NCBI GenBank assembly: GCA_009914755.4
Contig: CP086569.2
Span: 11,264,001 to 11,328,000 of the forward strand
DNA: 64,000 nt
Direction: 5' to 3'
DNA from: the human T2T-CHM13v2.0 reference genome, Homo sapiens
The notes beneath the pieces are model-generated. The model searched no databases and was not told the DNA's origin. It worked only from the letters and a program-made list of their open reading frames with translations. This document shows, in pieces, positions 12,001 through 25,590 of this stretch (positions are counted from its first letter, which is position 1; every line of letters starts with the position of its first letter). The position numbers were made by a program, and so were the translations under genes.

Positions 12001-14939
12001 TTTTGGTGGGGGAGAGACTTAGCCCACAACACTGAATGACCATGGGGTGAGTCTCTGCAACCTACCGAGGGCCACCACCTCCATGTGGTGGGACACGTCC
12101 GCACTGATGAGTAAGATACATAAACAATGGTGGATCAGCAAACCAGTGCCAAAAAGTATCTGGCCTGCCAGGGTCACAGCAGCTTCTTGGGCAATGCTGT
12201 TTTGATTTACAGCAATGTAGCAAGAAGAGTTTCCTGTGAGAGACTAAATTGCCTTCCAAATCTGCTTTGGGCCCTGTAAAATGGCGATGATGATGGGTGA
12301 TTTTGGAAGATTGTAGTGAGGACAAGGGAGTGTCTAAACAAAGCTTGAGAAAATGGTAAATATTATACCATATAAAATAGGTCTTATTGCCATGGGTTAT
12401 CTGAAGGCTGTGGAAAGGGCCATCCACAACATGAGGCTTGGATTATACTGATGGATTCAGGGACTTCCACCTCTATGGCTTCTGCTAATTCACCTTCCTC
12501 AGGTGAGACTTACATCCACCTTCCTCTTGACTTCTACCCAAGGAGCCCAGGAAAAGCCAAGAGAACAAGGGGGAAGAAATGCCAGAGCATCTCAGGTCAT
12601 GGCCCCATGGGGACATTCCCTATTCAGGATCTGGAGCCAGAAACACAGACCTCAGGGACGATCAAGATGCCAGCTCTGCAAACGAATGTAAGCAGTGTTC
12701 AGCACGAACTTAGGAAAGCCAGAAAAACTCCAAGTTTCTGAGCACATCATTCATTACAAAGAAGCGCATTTCACATTCAGAATTTCCTCTGCAGTTATGG
12801 TTTCTGTCATCATCAATTTCTGCATGATGCATTTTTAAGGGCCCATCATAAACACAAGCTTAGCAGGGGCCACAGAAAGGTACATGCAGACATCTTCGGG
12901 CCTTTGATAGCTGTTCACATGCAATCCATGTACTTGCACGCCTCTGACAGATAACCAACATCAAGGTCATCCCAAACTACAATTGGTTTATTCCCAAATG
13001 CAATTATCCAAATGAAATAATACTTCTTACTGTGGACAGAGGCCCATTGGACTGGTGCTCATGGTGGCAAACACTAAAACCCTGGCATGCACGGGTAACA
13101 CACGAAGCTGAAATCAGACACATCAATGGAACAGGGAAATACGGGGTGACCTTGACTCAGAAGGACAGCCTAGTCGGGGGGTGCTGAGGTCCAAGAGTCA
13201 GGCTTAGTGCTTCTGCATGTTTAAATGCCAATAAAGCATAACGGAGCTGTGGATTTGGTTTTCCAGTCAGAACATTTTTCGCACAGTGAAAGCTTCATGG
13301 CAGCCGCTGGATGCTGTGGTGAAGTGGTGGGCAGACTGTATCTCTGGGAGATTAGTAAGAGGCTGCCTGTCTGTCTCTGCTATTGTCAAGGTGATGCTAA
13401 ACTGGGAGACAATGCTAGGTTCTGCCAGCGGTCCATGGACTCCTTGGGGGTGACTTAATCTTCCTCTTTTCATAGCCATGATTTCAGGCAGAGCCATTGT
13501 AAAGCAGAGATCAGATGCTGGCCAGAGAAGTCCCTTTAGGAGCAATAAATTGAAGTGAAGTAACAGGCAGCCATGGAGGGGGAGTTATAATTTAAAATCC
13601 TGACTGCAGACACAAAACACTTACTATGCACCCACAGCCTGGCTCGTAAGCGTGTTAAACACATCATCTCTTCCTTATGTTCTCCGGAAGGCAGCATTAG
13701 TACCCCCAGGACCAAAGAGGAATACTCCAAAAATGCCAGATCATTCCCAGAGCCACACAGCTGCAAGAGGAGGAATGGTGATTAAGGGAGACCCCAAGGC
13801 TGAGCTAATGAGTCCAACTCGATCCTGGCAGCACACAGATGGAGCCATGAGTCAGGAAGATTAAGCCAGCAGGAGGCCAGAAAGTGGATTACAGAGGAGG
13901 CCACAGAAGCGGGTGAGGCTGCTGCCGGGACGCAGATGCTGCTCAGAAGCTCTGGTGCAGGAGGACTTGTCCGCCCAGAAGGGAGGGCAGCAAGTGAAGG
14001 GTGGAGGCTGGTGGGGAGGCAGAGTCAGAGCCAGGCTGGAGGAATTGTCCAGGTCCAAACTCAGAGCAAAGATGTTGGAAAAATTCCTCACCCTTGGATT
14101 TAACACAGAAAAGTAAAAACTGATGATCTGTGGCCCTGGTATTGCCACCCTCTGGATAAGCCTTACCAACTTGGGATGCCAGCAAAGAAGGGATGGCTGC
14201 TCCTCACCAGCATGGCCCCAAACCACAATACTCCTCCCACAGTGTGGGATTTACAGAGCTTTGCTACAGAACTTGTAGTAATTCCAGACCAAAGTCAATT
14301 TTCCTATACATTGTTTTCTCCATGAGATTTAAATAGGTATTAACTCCAAGCTAATGAGGAAGAGCACCTCAAGTCAGACGTTTTATGTGCAGGCTATGGA
14401 GACCCCGCAAACTGGGCCAATCTCTCCCATATACAAAGCACGAACCGAATAAGTAACAGAGGAAGGGTCCACATATAATCCTTACAATATTTGCTTTAAA
14501 TGATGTGTAAGAAAATAAAGTCCTTCTCTGCCTTTATCGAGGATGCCCTGTGACATGAATAATAACCAATATGATCAAGGTTTGACTTTCCATGGCAACT
14601 TTCATTGGAGGGCCCCAGGGCCTTCCCTTTTGTTCTAAACAATTTGTAACTCACCAGTTTCTTGACTAAAATGGTCAAGTGTAAACCACTCCTCTTAAGG
14701 ACATGGAGGCTAGTTTTCACTGCTGTATTACAGAGACAATAGAGGCAGAAGGCTGAGGGGCTGGGGAGCAGCACTCTCTTTGGCCTTAGCAACCAGTTAA
14801 TGAAACCATAAAGGAAATCAGATTCCATGCCTTCTACCTCCCCAAGAGGTAATCCAAATGCATAATACAAAGGACATGGTGGGGCTACTCAAAGTGGAGA
14901 CCAAAGATCCTAATCATGTATTTCTATAATCAAGAGAAT

Positions 14940-15290
14940 GGATAGATGGGTGAATGAGTGGATGGAGGGAGGGAGGGAGAGAAGGGTGAGGTGTGTAGGA
15001 AGATGAGTGGATACATGGATGGGTGGCTGGGTAGGTGGGTGGCTGGGTGGATGCATGGATGGATGGATGGATGGATGGATGGATGGATGGATAGATGGCT
15101 TCCTGGCTGGGTAGATGGGTGGCGGATGGATGGATGGATGGATGGATGGATGGATGGATGGCAGACAGGCAGGTAGGCTGGATGGATGGATAGATGGACA
15201 GATGAGTGAGTGGAGGGGGGATGTGGATGGGGAGATGTGGATGGGTTGGCGGGTCAGGGGATGGGTGGGTAGGTGGGTGGAAGCATAGAG
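14940..15290. repeat. (GGAT)n microsatellite embedded in GGGTGG/GGCTGG-rich low-complexity sequence
   Basis: ggatggatggatggatggatggatgg runs. ORF 14958..15176 (..[11 protein letters not shown]..) is an artefact. Confidence 0.85.
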
Positions 15291-15588
15291 TGGAGGGGTG
15301 GTCTATGGGACCCCCCTGGTTATGCTGGAGTCAGTGTAGGGCCACACTTCATGGACTCAAAGTTTTTGAATAAAGACCATTATCACGTTACATCTTCTGC
15401 CCAAGTTCTTTTTGATAACTTTTCTTTTAGGGCAGAAAATGTGCTCATGTCAAGGCCACATATACCTAAACTTCTACTTAAGTCTATAATCCCAGAAGAA
15501 TTTCCTTTCATTTAGCGAACAAGCAGCTGGGAGAGAACATTCTGGAACAAAACATCTGAAACTGAAAGGGCAGCCCAAAGGAAAACTA

Positions 15589-15690
15589 TTTTTTTTTTTT
15601 TTTTTTTAGAGAAGGGGTCTCATTACGTTGCCCAGGTGATCCTCCTGCCTGAGCCTTCTCAGTAGCTGGGATTACAGTTGTGCACCACTG
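15589..15690 (-). mobile_element. Partial Alu (free left monomer-like fragment, minus strand)
   Basis: Poly-T then agagaaggggtctcattacgttgcccaggtgatcctcctgcctgagccttctcagtagctgggattacag. Confidence 0.7.
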
Positions 15691-16044
15691 CACCAGGCTA
15701 CATTCGTGGATAAAAGAGCTTTTACCTTTCTCAGTGGACTGGGTGACTTGACAGTGCAGAAAGCTCCTCCATGGCAGGAGGCCTGGAGTGGGCACTGGAC
15801 ACAGCACAGGTGGGAGGGGAGGAGCTCATCTCCAGCAGGAGAGGCAAAGAACTGAGAAAGAGCTTCCCTCTCAGTCCACGTGTGGTGCCACTCCATCACT
15901 GGCAATGGCCAGAGCAGGCATCTGGGGAGGGGAGCGGGGGAAAGGGGAAGTGACTGCCAGCAGGGGTGGGGTTTCCTCTTGGGGGGATGGAAGCTTCCTG
16001 AGATTCACAGTGGTGATGGGCTCACTCATCTGTGAATTTCCTAA

Positions 16045-16385
<341 letters not shown>

Positions 16386-17096
16386 TGAGAAACTGCAAAG
16401 ACGCAGGCCTCACATCTTAAACCCTCTCTCCAGGACTGCCGCACTAGCTTTGTCATAGGGAAGTGTCTGTGGGTCTCCAGCTTTCCCTGCACTTCCCAGG
16501 GTCCCAGCCTCCAGCACCATTTACCTGGAGCCCCCATTTCTTCTTATCCTTCTCCTCTCACCAGAGAGGCCAAGATTACCCTTTTCAAATATAAACGATG
16601 TCATATGCTCTGTACCAAACTCTGCCCATCAAATACAACCATGGCCTCCTTGTCATGACCCTACACCTGGATGCTCACCGCCCACCTCTGCTGCCTCACA
16701 CACACTGGTCTCGCAGCCCTCAGCCTTCTCTGCTGAGTCAATGCACCAAGTTTGTGCATACCTCAGGCTGGCTGTCCCTGAAGACCCTCACCCTAGAAGA
16801 TCCCAAGCAAAGACCCTCTCCCATCCTCTGAGGCTCAGTACAGCCATTGGTCCCTCACCCCACAGAGGCAATGGTTTAAATGAATTCACTCACTCCATGG
16901 CCAGATACCCAGCATTCACTCTGTTGTACCGGCTGATGGGGTACAAGGATGAGCAGAGCCTGCACTAGGTGTCCTCTTGGAGTGGAACTGCTGCCCAGAC
17001 ACACCCCAGGTGATTAGCCATGAAATCCCCCTGCAAAGAAAGAGCCAGAGGAGAAGCCATGGAGCCACGGAATCCTCAGGAAAAAAAATCCAGTGA

Positions 17097-17516
<420 letters not shown>

Positions 17517-17904
17517 TAGAGAACTTCTGACAGTCTGGTCTGAAGCTGTTCTGGTTGCCCAAGAGGAATAAGACAGGAAGGCTGGGGTGGTGATGAAGTC
17601 TGAGGGAACAACACAGGCTTGCAGGGGTCTAGAAGGTACAGTGACCAGACTTAGGGAGGGACTGCCTGTAGGAGCTGTAGAGAGGAAAGCTCAGGAGGAC
17701 GCCTACATTCTGGTTGTGACAGCTGAATCAAAGATGGTCCCCACAGCCAAAAAGTGGAAAGAATCCAGCTGACCATCAAATGGGAACGGACTCACAAGAT
17801 GTGGTCCCTCAATGCAAGATGGTGGCAATCAGAACAAGGCTCAACAGGGCTCTGCTAAATGCCACCCTGGGGATGGACCTCAAAGCTGTCATGCTTCAGC
17901 CTCA

Positions 17905-18300
17905 GTGTCCACCAAGACTGGATCAAGGAAACGTGGTGCATATGTGCAATGGAATACTACTCAGCCATAAAAAAGGAGATCATGTCTTTTGCGGCAACAG
18001 GGATGGAACTGGAGACCATTATCTTACATGAAAGGACTCGGAAACCAAAACTCAAATCTTGAATGTTCTCACTTATAAGTGGAAGCTAAATAATGTGTGT
18101 GCAGGAACGCAGAGTTTGGAATGATGGACACAGGAGACTCAGAAGTGTGATGGGGGGTGAGAAATTACTCAATAGGTACAAAATACATCATTCAGGTGAT
18201 GGTCACATGAAAAGCCCACACTTTACTTCTATGCAACATTCTCATGTAATAAAACTGCACTTGTACCCATTAAATTTATACCCAAAAAAGCCAATTATGC
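17905..18300 (+). mobile_element. L1 3' end (older L1P-type 3' UTR) with short A-rich end
   Basis: ..gtgcaatggaatactactcagccataaaaaaggagatcatgtcttttgc..ggatggaactggagaccattatcttacatgaaaggactcggaaaccaaaa..tctcacttataagtggaagctaaataatg..gggtgagaaattactcaataggtacaaaatacat.. resembles the L1 ORF2 end and 3' UTR. Confidence 0.8.
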
Positions 18301-18514
18301 TGAGTCAAAGAAACCAGGCACAGAAGGCCACATGTTGTTTGACTCCGTGTCTATGAAGTGTCTGGAATAAGAAAATCCACACAGACAGAAAGTGGCTTCC
18401 TGGTCGTCAGGGGCTGGAAGTGGGGGTGGGGATCCACTGCAACCCAGCACAAGGGATGGAAACCTCCCACACCAGGATGGTGGTGACAGGTGCACAACTC
18501 AGCAAATCCATTAG

Positions 18515-18840
<326 letters not shown>

Positions 18841-19554
18841 TGAATTGTATTCTTAAAGTAAATAAATCTTATAATTTATAAATTATAACTCAATAAAACT
18901 TTTTGAAAAAAAAGAAAGCCTTTTTTTAGTCTTTTTAAAAAGAATCTTTTCTTAAAAAATAAGTATTAAAATACGTACTTTAAAAAAGTAACTGCTATCT
19001 AAGAGAGCAAATAACTGTGGGACCAGATCTGGAGGATGTGAGAGAAGGTTAGGTCATAGCATTGGTTTTGCACAACTTGAGGTGAGGGGCATCTGGGCTT
19101 TCAACAGAGAAGTTATCAAGGGGGAAATAAGACTAGGCCCCCCAAGGGAGGCTGCAGCAGGAGAGGTGACCGTGGATGCTGTGTGAATGGAAATTCTATC
19201 ACCGCCAGGGTGCTGGGTGCAGGGAGCCGCTAACAGAAGTTCTATCAGTGCCAGGGTGCTGGCTGCAGGGAGCTGGACCTGGCCGAGGAGCCCTCCTGCC
19301 ACCCACTCCCCAGCAGGCCCAGGTGTTGAAGAGAATGCACCAGAAGGTAAATCTGACCAGAACCGGCTTTCTACCTGGAAAAATCCACCTGAGGGAGTCA
19401 AGGACAAACCTTCTTGAAGTGGAATTAAGAGGCTGCCACTCAGGATCATGACCACCCAAGCTGTCAATCTCTCAGGCACATGGACTCCATCAACTCCTAG
19501 AAGAAGACACCCAGCTCTCACCTCGCAGGGTCCAGGAGCAAGCAGTGAGACACA

Positions 19555-19740
19555 CACACAGCAAAACATCAAAACGCAGCTTCTAACAGTAATGAACCAC
19601 TCCTGCACCAGCCATCCAGAGCCCTCTCTCACAATGGGCGGGTGCACACACACAGCAAAGCACCTGAACACAGCTTCTAACGGTAACTAACCACCCCTGC
19701 ACCAGCCGTCCAGAGCCCCTCTCACAATGGCCGGGTGCCT
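19555..19740. repeat. Two-copy tandem duplication of an 85-90-bp unit
   Basis: cacacacacagcaaaacatcaaaacgcagcttctaacagtaatgaaccactcctgcaccagccatccagagccctctctcacaatgggcgggtg is followed by a near copy, cacacacacagcaaagcacctgaacacagcttctaacggtaactaaccacccctgcaccagccgtccagagcccctctcacaatggccgggtg. A second, roughly 45-bp duplicate pair lies at 19195-19285. Confidence 0.75.
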
Positions 19741-20007
19741 CATGGTCTCTGAGGATGAGGAGTCAGCCCCAGGTACAGGAGGGGAAGATAGGCTCAGATG
19801 TTGCCAGGACAGGTAGAGTCCTCCCAATATTCAAAAGTAGAGGAATCCTCAAATACAAAATGCAAATGCGGTAATTATGTGCCTGTGACCAAAAAGAGGG
19901 GATTAAATCTTGAAGGCGGAGGAGATGAAACCTCCTTACTTTTGGGGTTCTATTTTAATCCACAATAATAAGCAGACGGGCCAAGACCACTTTGGAATCA
20001 AGCATAT

Positions 20008-20290
20008 CTGGCCAGGCGCGGTGGTTCACACCTGTAATCCCAGCACTTTGAGAGCCTGAGGTGGGAGGATCACTTGAGTCCAGGAGCTCAAAACCTCTCT
20101 GGACAATATAGTGAGACTCTGTCTCTACTAAAAAGAAAAAAAAATCCCAGTGTGGTGGCGTGCACTTGGGAAGCTGAGGCAGGAAGATCCCTTGAGCCAA
20201 GGGTCCAGTGAGTCGTGATGGCACCACTGAACTCCAGCATGAGTGACAGAGCAAGACCCTATCTCAAAAAAAAAAAAAAAAAAAAAAAGA
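20008..20290 (+). mobile_element. Alu (older, AluJ/S-like) with long poly-A tail
   Basis: ggccaggcgcggtggttcacacctgtaatcccagcactttgagagcctgaggtgggaggatcacttgagtccaggagc..gagcaagaccctatctc plus a long A-run. Confidence 0.85.
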
Positions 20291-20814
20291 GAAGAAAAAG
20301 AAAAATCTGGGAGTCCATTTGGAAGCAGCAGACAGACGAGAGGACATCCCCTTCAGCAGGTGCATGCCACAGGGTGAGGCAGCACAGCAGGAATGAGAGG
20401 GCAGGGACCTCCCAGCATGGCAAATGTAGCAGGGATTTTGAGTGACTGTATGGGAGGAGAGAGAGGGAGGACAGGTGAGTGACGATGCATGGTCTTTGAG
20501 GGGGGCCAGGATGGCAGTGCAAATGCTTTTTCCTGAATGAAGTACCCCACTGGAAGATGCTTGTGCTTTATAAATGAAAGCGCTGACTCAAGCACAGAAT
20601 GGGATGCTCATTTTCCCTAAGCATCTGCTGGGAGGTGGGCCAGGTCACAAGGATCAGCCCTCAGAGTGGCAGCTTCAGCTGAGCTACTTGGTGCCAGGCC
20701 TCAGGGAGAGGCAGACGCGGGGCTGACGTACACGCCCCAGGAGGGCCCGAGAAAGGCCGCCACAGTCCCGTTCTGTTTTCTTCTCTGCTCTCCTTGCAAT
20801 ATGGCATTCACTGT

Positions 20815-20990
20815 GGATTAAAGGGTGGGGGGAGGGGGAAGGGATAGCATTGGGAGATATACCTAAAAGTAAATGAGGTAATGGGTACAGCACACCAACA
20901 TGGGACATGTATACATATGTAACAAACCTGCACATTGTGCACATATACCTTAAAACTTAAAGTATAATAATAATAAAATTTAAAAAAGAA
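20815..20990 (+). mobile_element. L1 extreme 3' end (3' UTR tail), sense
   Basis: gggtggggggagggggaagggatagcattgggagatatacctaa..gggtacagcacaccaacatgggacatgtatacatatgtaacaaacctgcacattgtgcacatataccttaaaacttaaagtataata. Confidence 0.8.
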
Positions 20991-23049
20991 AAAAAGGAAA
21001 AAAAGAAAAAGAAAAACCACTTTGGGCCATGGGGCCAGTTTTCTTCCCTCTTCCTCATTCACACTCCCCCAGAAATAACAGAGCTCACTATAGTTTGTAT
21101 TGATTTTGGCACATACCACTTGTTTTAAAGGCCACACTGAATGCCCAGCGCCAGCACTCCACCACTGTGCATTTGAGAGGTTGGAGAGATGTTGCCCCCC
21201 TGTGCCAAGAGCCCACCCCACCACTCCCTGCGTGGCCCAGGAAGCCCACACACACAAGACTATTCAAGTGAGGGCTCTGGTTGTGCCTGAAGGGTTGTGA
21301 GCACTGCTAGAGGCTCTCACTCAATGATTTAAAGCTTCAGTCCCACTGGAGGGTGAGGCTCAGAAACAGCATTCACTCAGCCAGCAGCAGTGGGCCCAGA
21401 CAGCAGGGGAGGAGGGGTGGCATTGGGGGAGAAGAGGGGCTGCCCATGTTCTTCTCCAGCACCAACTCCCAATTGACAGGCACTGGGCCTCAGTGCAGAC
21501 TCACTCAGCAGCTTCTGGCTGGCTCCTCCAGGCAGGGTTCCAGGAACTGTCTCTTGTCCCTGGCTACACAGAGGACTCAGCCCCACAAAGGATTTCTCAC
21601 ATGGGAACAATGTCTGCTTTGTTGCTGAGAGCTCACACCCAGGGAATTTCTGGTTTCAGCTTCCAGGGGCTTTGTTTGTCTTGAACAGAGTGAAGCAAAG
21701 TGGTCTTCAGAAGGTTTCAGAAACAATCAGGGTCCCACGAGTAGAGACTAAACCCTGAAGAGGCCCTGGGCTTCATGAGGAGGTGCTGTAGGTTAAATCT
21801 GGGCTGGAGCAGAGCTGTGGCTCCATCCATCACTCCAACAGGTCTCCAGTGCCTCTAGCAAAGTGGGCAGAACATCTGCTGGGGAAACAGTCCCTGCCCT
21901 GCAAGGGGAAGATTTCCCTGCCATGGAAAGCATCAAACAGGCAGGGAGGCAGGGTCCAGCCAGGTGTAGGAGGCCCCTGATCTCCCGACACCCTTGCCCC
22001 AGTGCTGATGGAGCACCTCACTGGCTGAGATGACCGGGGCCTCACTTCTACGTGGCTGATGAGAGCCACATGATGTGGAGTCCCATGGACTCCACAGCAG
22101 TGACAATGAATGAACCCAAGCTACATGCGGATCATCCCCAAAACAACACTGTACAAAAGGAAGGCAATTCGTGGAAGGATTCAAACCACATACTATCATT
22201 TCCAGATAAAGGCTGGAAAGATGCCACACAGTCCTACAGATGGTACATGGGCATTTTCACCATGCGTAATGGCACAGAAGCAGTCAACTGGAAAGGCACA
22301 TGCCCAACGCAGGAGAGCAGTTCCCTCTCGGAGGAAGACAGGGTGGACCACACTGGCCACGTTGCTTGGAGCCATAAACTTCCTGAAAGCAGTTCCAGCA
22401 ACTATGGGACACGGTCAAACTTGATACAGTTGAGGACACAGATGTTTGCCATATTATTCTCTTTGTTAGAAATCATTCACAAGGAGCAAGGAAGGAGGGC
22501 AGGAGTGCAGGGGGCAGAAGAGGCCACCCCAAAATAGGCCACCTGGGCATAAAGACAGTCCTGAGCTGAAGGCGATGGAGGAAAAGCAGGTGTGAGAACA
22601 GCTCACTGCCTTCCCCCACCGCCAGTGTGCCTCAAAGCAAGACGTAAATTCAGAAGGAGTACCCACCCCCACCACACCAGGAAGGACAGAAGTTCATCAC
22701 TGGAGACAGCTTTAGACTGTTGTCAGCCCCACCCTGGAGGAACCTACAGAGCTGACTTCACCAACAGACTAGCCTTCAGCTGCTGTTACTTTCCTAAAGA
22801 TTGGCCACCCCACAATTTGCCCTCCAGGAACTCACAGGCCTTTCCCTTTGTCTTGTCACTTCTCTGCAAATGTACTGTTCCTGCACTGAGGCGCCATCCC
22901 AGCACAAGCTGTAGCCACTTTTTCAGACACTCTTTACTGACCAGTGCTCTATGTGTTCACAAACTGTTTTTCTCTTGCGACTGTGTCTTATGTCAGCTCA
23001 ATTTCAGGGCCCCAGGTAGAGAGGAGGGTAGTAGAAAAAGAAATTTCTC

Positions 23050-25590
23050 CTCTGCAGGGGGAGGTATTAGAAGAAAGAAAGGAGGGGAGGGAGGTGAATA
23101 GATGAATGGATGGATGGATAGATGGCTGACTGTGTGGGTAGGTGAGAGGGAGGAAGGAAGGGAGGAGGGGAGGGAAGGAGGTAGATGGATGGATGGATGA
23201 ATGGATGGATGGCTAACTGTGTGGGTAGGTGAGAGGGAGGAAGAAGGGAGGGAAGGCGAAAAGTAGGGAGGCAGGGAAGGAGAAAGGGAGGGAGGGAAGG
23301 AGCAAGGGGGGGAGGGAAAGAAGGAAAGAAGGAAGGAAAAAAGGGAGGGAGGTAAGAAGGGAGGGAAGGAGGGAGAGGAGGGGAGAGAGGGAAAGGGAGA
23401 GGGAGAGGAAGGGAGAGGATGGGAGGGAGGGAGAGGAAGGGAGAGGAAGGGAGGGAGAGGAAGGGAGAGAGAGGAAAGGAGGGAAGGAGAGGAAAGGAGG
23501 GAGGGAAAGGAAGGAAGGGAGGGAGAGGAAGTGAGGGAGAGGGAGGGGGAGTGAGAGAGGGAGAGGGAGGGAGGGGAAGGGAGGGAGGGAGAGGAAGGGA
23601 GGGAGTGGGAGAAGGGAAGAAGGGAGAGGAAGGGAGGGAGGGAGAGGAAGGAAGGGAGGGAGAGGAAGAGAGGGAGAGGGAGAGAAAGGGAGGGAGGGAG
23701 AGGGAGAGGAAGGGAGGGAGGGAGAGGGAGAGGAAGGGAAGGAGGGAGAGGGAGAGGGAGAGGAAGGCAGGGAGGGAGAGGGAGAGGAAGGGAAGGAGGG
23801 GGAGGCAGAGGGAGAGGAAGGGAGGGAGAGGGAGAGGAAGGGAAGGAGGGTGAGGGAGGGAGAGGAAGGGAGGGAGAGGGAGAGGAAGGGAAGGAGGGTG
23901 AGGGAGGGAGAGGAAGGGAGGGAGAGGGAGAGGAAGGGAAGGAGGGTAAGGGAGGGAGAGGAAGGAAGGGAGGGAGAGGGAGGGAGAGGAAGGAAGGGAG
24001 GGAGAGGGAGGCAGAGGGAGAGGGAGGAACAGAGGGAGAGGGAGGAAGGGAGGGAAGGAGAGGGAAGGAGGGAGGAGGGAGAGGAAGGGAGGGAGAGGGA
24101 GGGAGAGAAAGAGAGGAAAGGAGAGAGAGGAAGGGAGGGGCAGAGAGGAAGGGAGGGGAGAGAGAAGAGGGAGAGAGAAGGTGGGGAGAGAGAAGCGGGG
24201 AAGAGAGGAAGGGAGGGGGAGAGAGGAAGGTGGGAGAGAGGAAGGGAGGGAGGGAGAGGGAGAGGAAGGGAGGGAGAGAGAGAGGGAGATGAAGAGAGAG
24301 AGGGAGGGAGGGAGGGAGAGAGAGGGAGAGGAAGGGAGGGAGGGAGGGAGAAAGGGAGGGAGATGAAGGGAGGGATAGGAAGAAAGGGACGGAGGTAGAG
24401 GAAGAAAGGGAGGGAGGGAGAGGGCGAGGAACGGAGGGAGTGAGAGGGTGAGGAACAGAGGGAAGGAGAGGGTGAGGAAGGGAGGGACGGAGAGGGTGAG
24501 GGAGGGAGAGAGAGGGTGAGGAAGGGAGGGATAGGGTGAGAAAGGGAGGGAGAGGGCAAGGAAGGGAGGGAGGGAGAAGGGGGATTGCAGGGAGAGGAAG
24601 GGAGGGAGGGAGAAGGAGGAAGAGAGGGAGAGAGAGGAAGGGAGGGAAGGAGAGGGAGAGAAAGAGAGTGGGAGGAAGGGAGGGAGAAGGAGAGGAAGGG
24701 AGAGGGAGGAAGGGAGGGAAGGAGAGGAAGGGAGGGAGATGGAGGGAAGGAGAGGAAGGGAGGGAGATGGAGGGAGAGGGAGGGAGAAGAAGGGAGAAGA
24801 AGGGAGAGGAAGGGAGGGAGGGAAGGAGGGAGAAAGAGGGAGGGACAGGGAGGGAGAGGGAGGGAGGAAGAGAGGGAGAGGGTGAGGAAGGGAGGGAGAG
24901 GGCAAGGAAGGGAGCGAGGGAGAGGGTGAGGAAGGAAGGGAGGGAAGGAGGGAGAGAAAGTAAGGGAGGGAGGGAGGGAGAGGAAGGAGGAGAGGGAGAG
25001 AAAGGAGGAGAGGGAGAGGACAGGAGGGAGCGGAAGGGAGGGAGCGAGAGGAAGGATGAGAGGAAGAGGACAGGAGGGAGCAAGAGGAAGGGAGGGAGAG
25101 GAAAGGAGGGAGAGGAAGGGAGAGAGAGGAAGGGAGAGGAAGGAAGGGAAGGAGAGGAGGGGAGGGAGGGAGAGGGAGAGGAAGGGAGGGAGGGAGAGGG
25201 AGAGAAGGGGAGGGAGAGGAAGGGAAGGAGGGAGAGGAATGGAAGGAGGGAGAGGAAGGGAGGGAGGGAGAGGAAGGAAGGGAGGGAGAGGGAGGAAAGG
25301 AGGGAGAGGGAGGAACAGAGGGAGAGGGAGGAAGGGAGGGAAGGAGAGGGAGGGAGGGAGAGGAAGGGAGGGAGGGAGAAAGATGGAGGGAGGGAGAGGG
25401 AGAGGAAGGGAGAGGGAGAGGAAGGGAGGGAGGGAGAAGAAGGAAGAGGGAGGGAGGGAGGAGGAAGAAGGAGGGAGAGAGGGAGAAGAAGGAAGAGGGA
25501 GGGACAGGGAGGGAGAGGGAGTTAGAGGAAGGGAGGGAGAGGGAGAGACAGAGGGGGAGGGAGGGAGAGGAAGAAAATGATAAGAAGGAA
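23050..25590. repeat. About 2.5-kb polypurine/polypyrimidine low-complexity tract (GGGAGG/GGAAGG/GAGAGG)n, with a (GGAT)n-like edge at 23095-23215
   Basis: The plus strand is almost exclusively A and G for about 2.5 kb. This produces the giant artefactual ORFs 22993..25083, 23067..24905 and 23213..25633 on the minus strand (poly S/P/L) and the G/R/E-rich ORFs on the plus strand. Confidence 0.95.

Noticed and set aside
19054-19671. 205-aa minus-strand ORF
   Set aside because: It spans two local tandem duplications, is rich in L/S/G/P/A, has no recognisable domain and overlaps equally long ORFs on the opposite strand, so it is most likely spurious.
22052-23101. Unique-sequence ORFs 22052..22537 (161 aa) and 22592..23101 (169 aa) as possible exons
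   Set aside because: I recognise no protein family in the translations, which are compositionally unremarkable. There is no codon-usage or splice-site context I can verify, and at this ORF length the frequency expected by chance in 64 kb of 45-50% GC DNA is high. BLASTP or RNA-seq would be needed.
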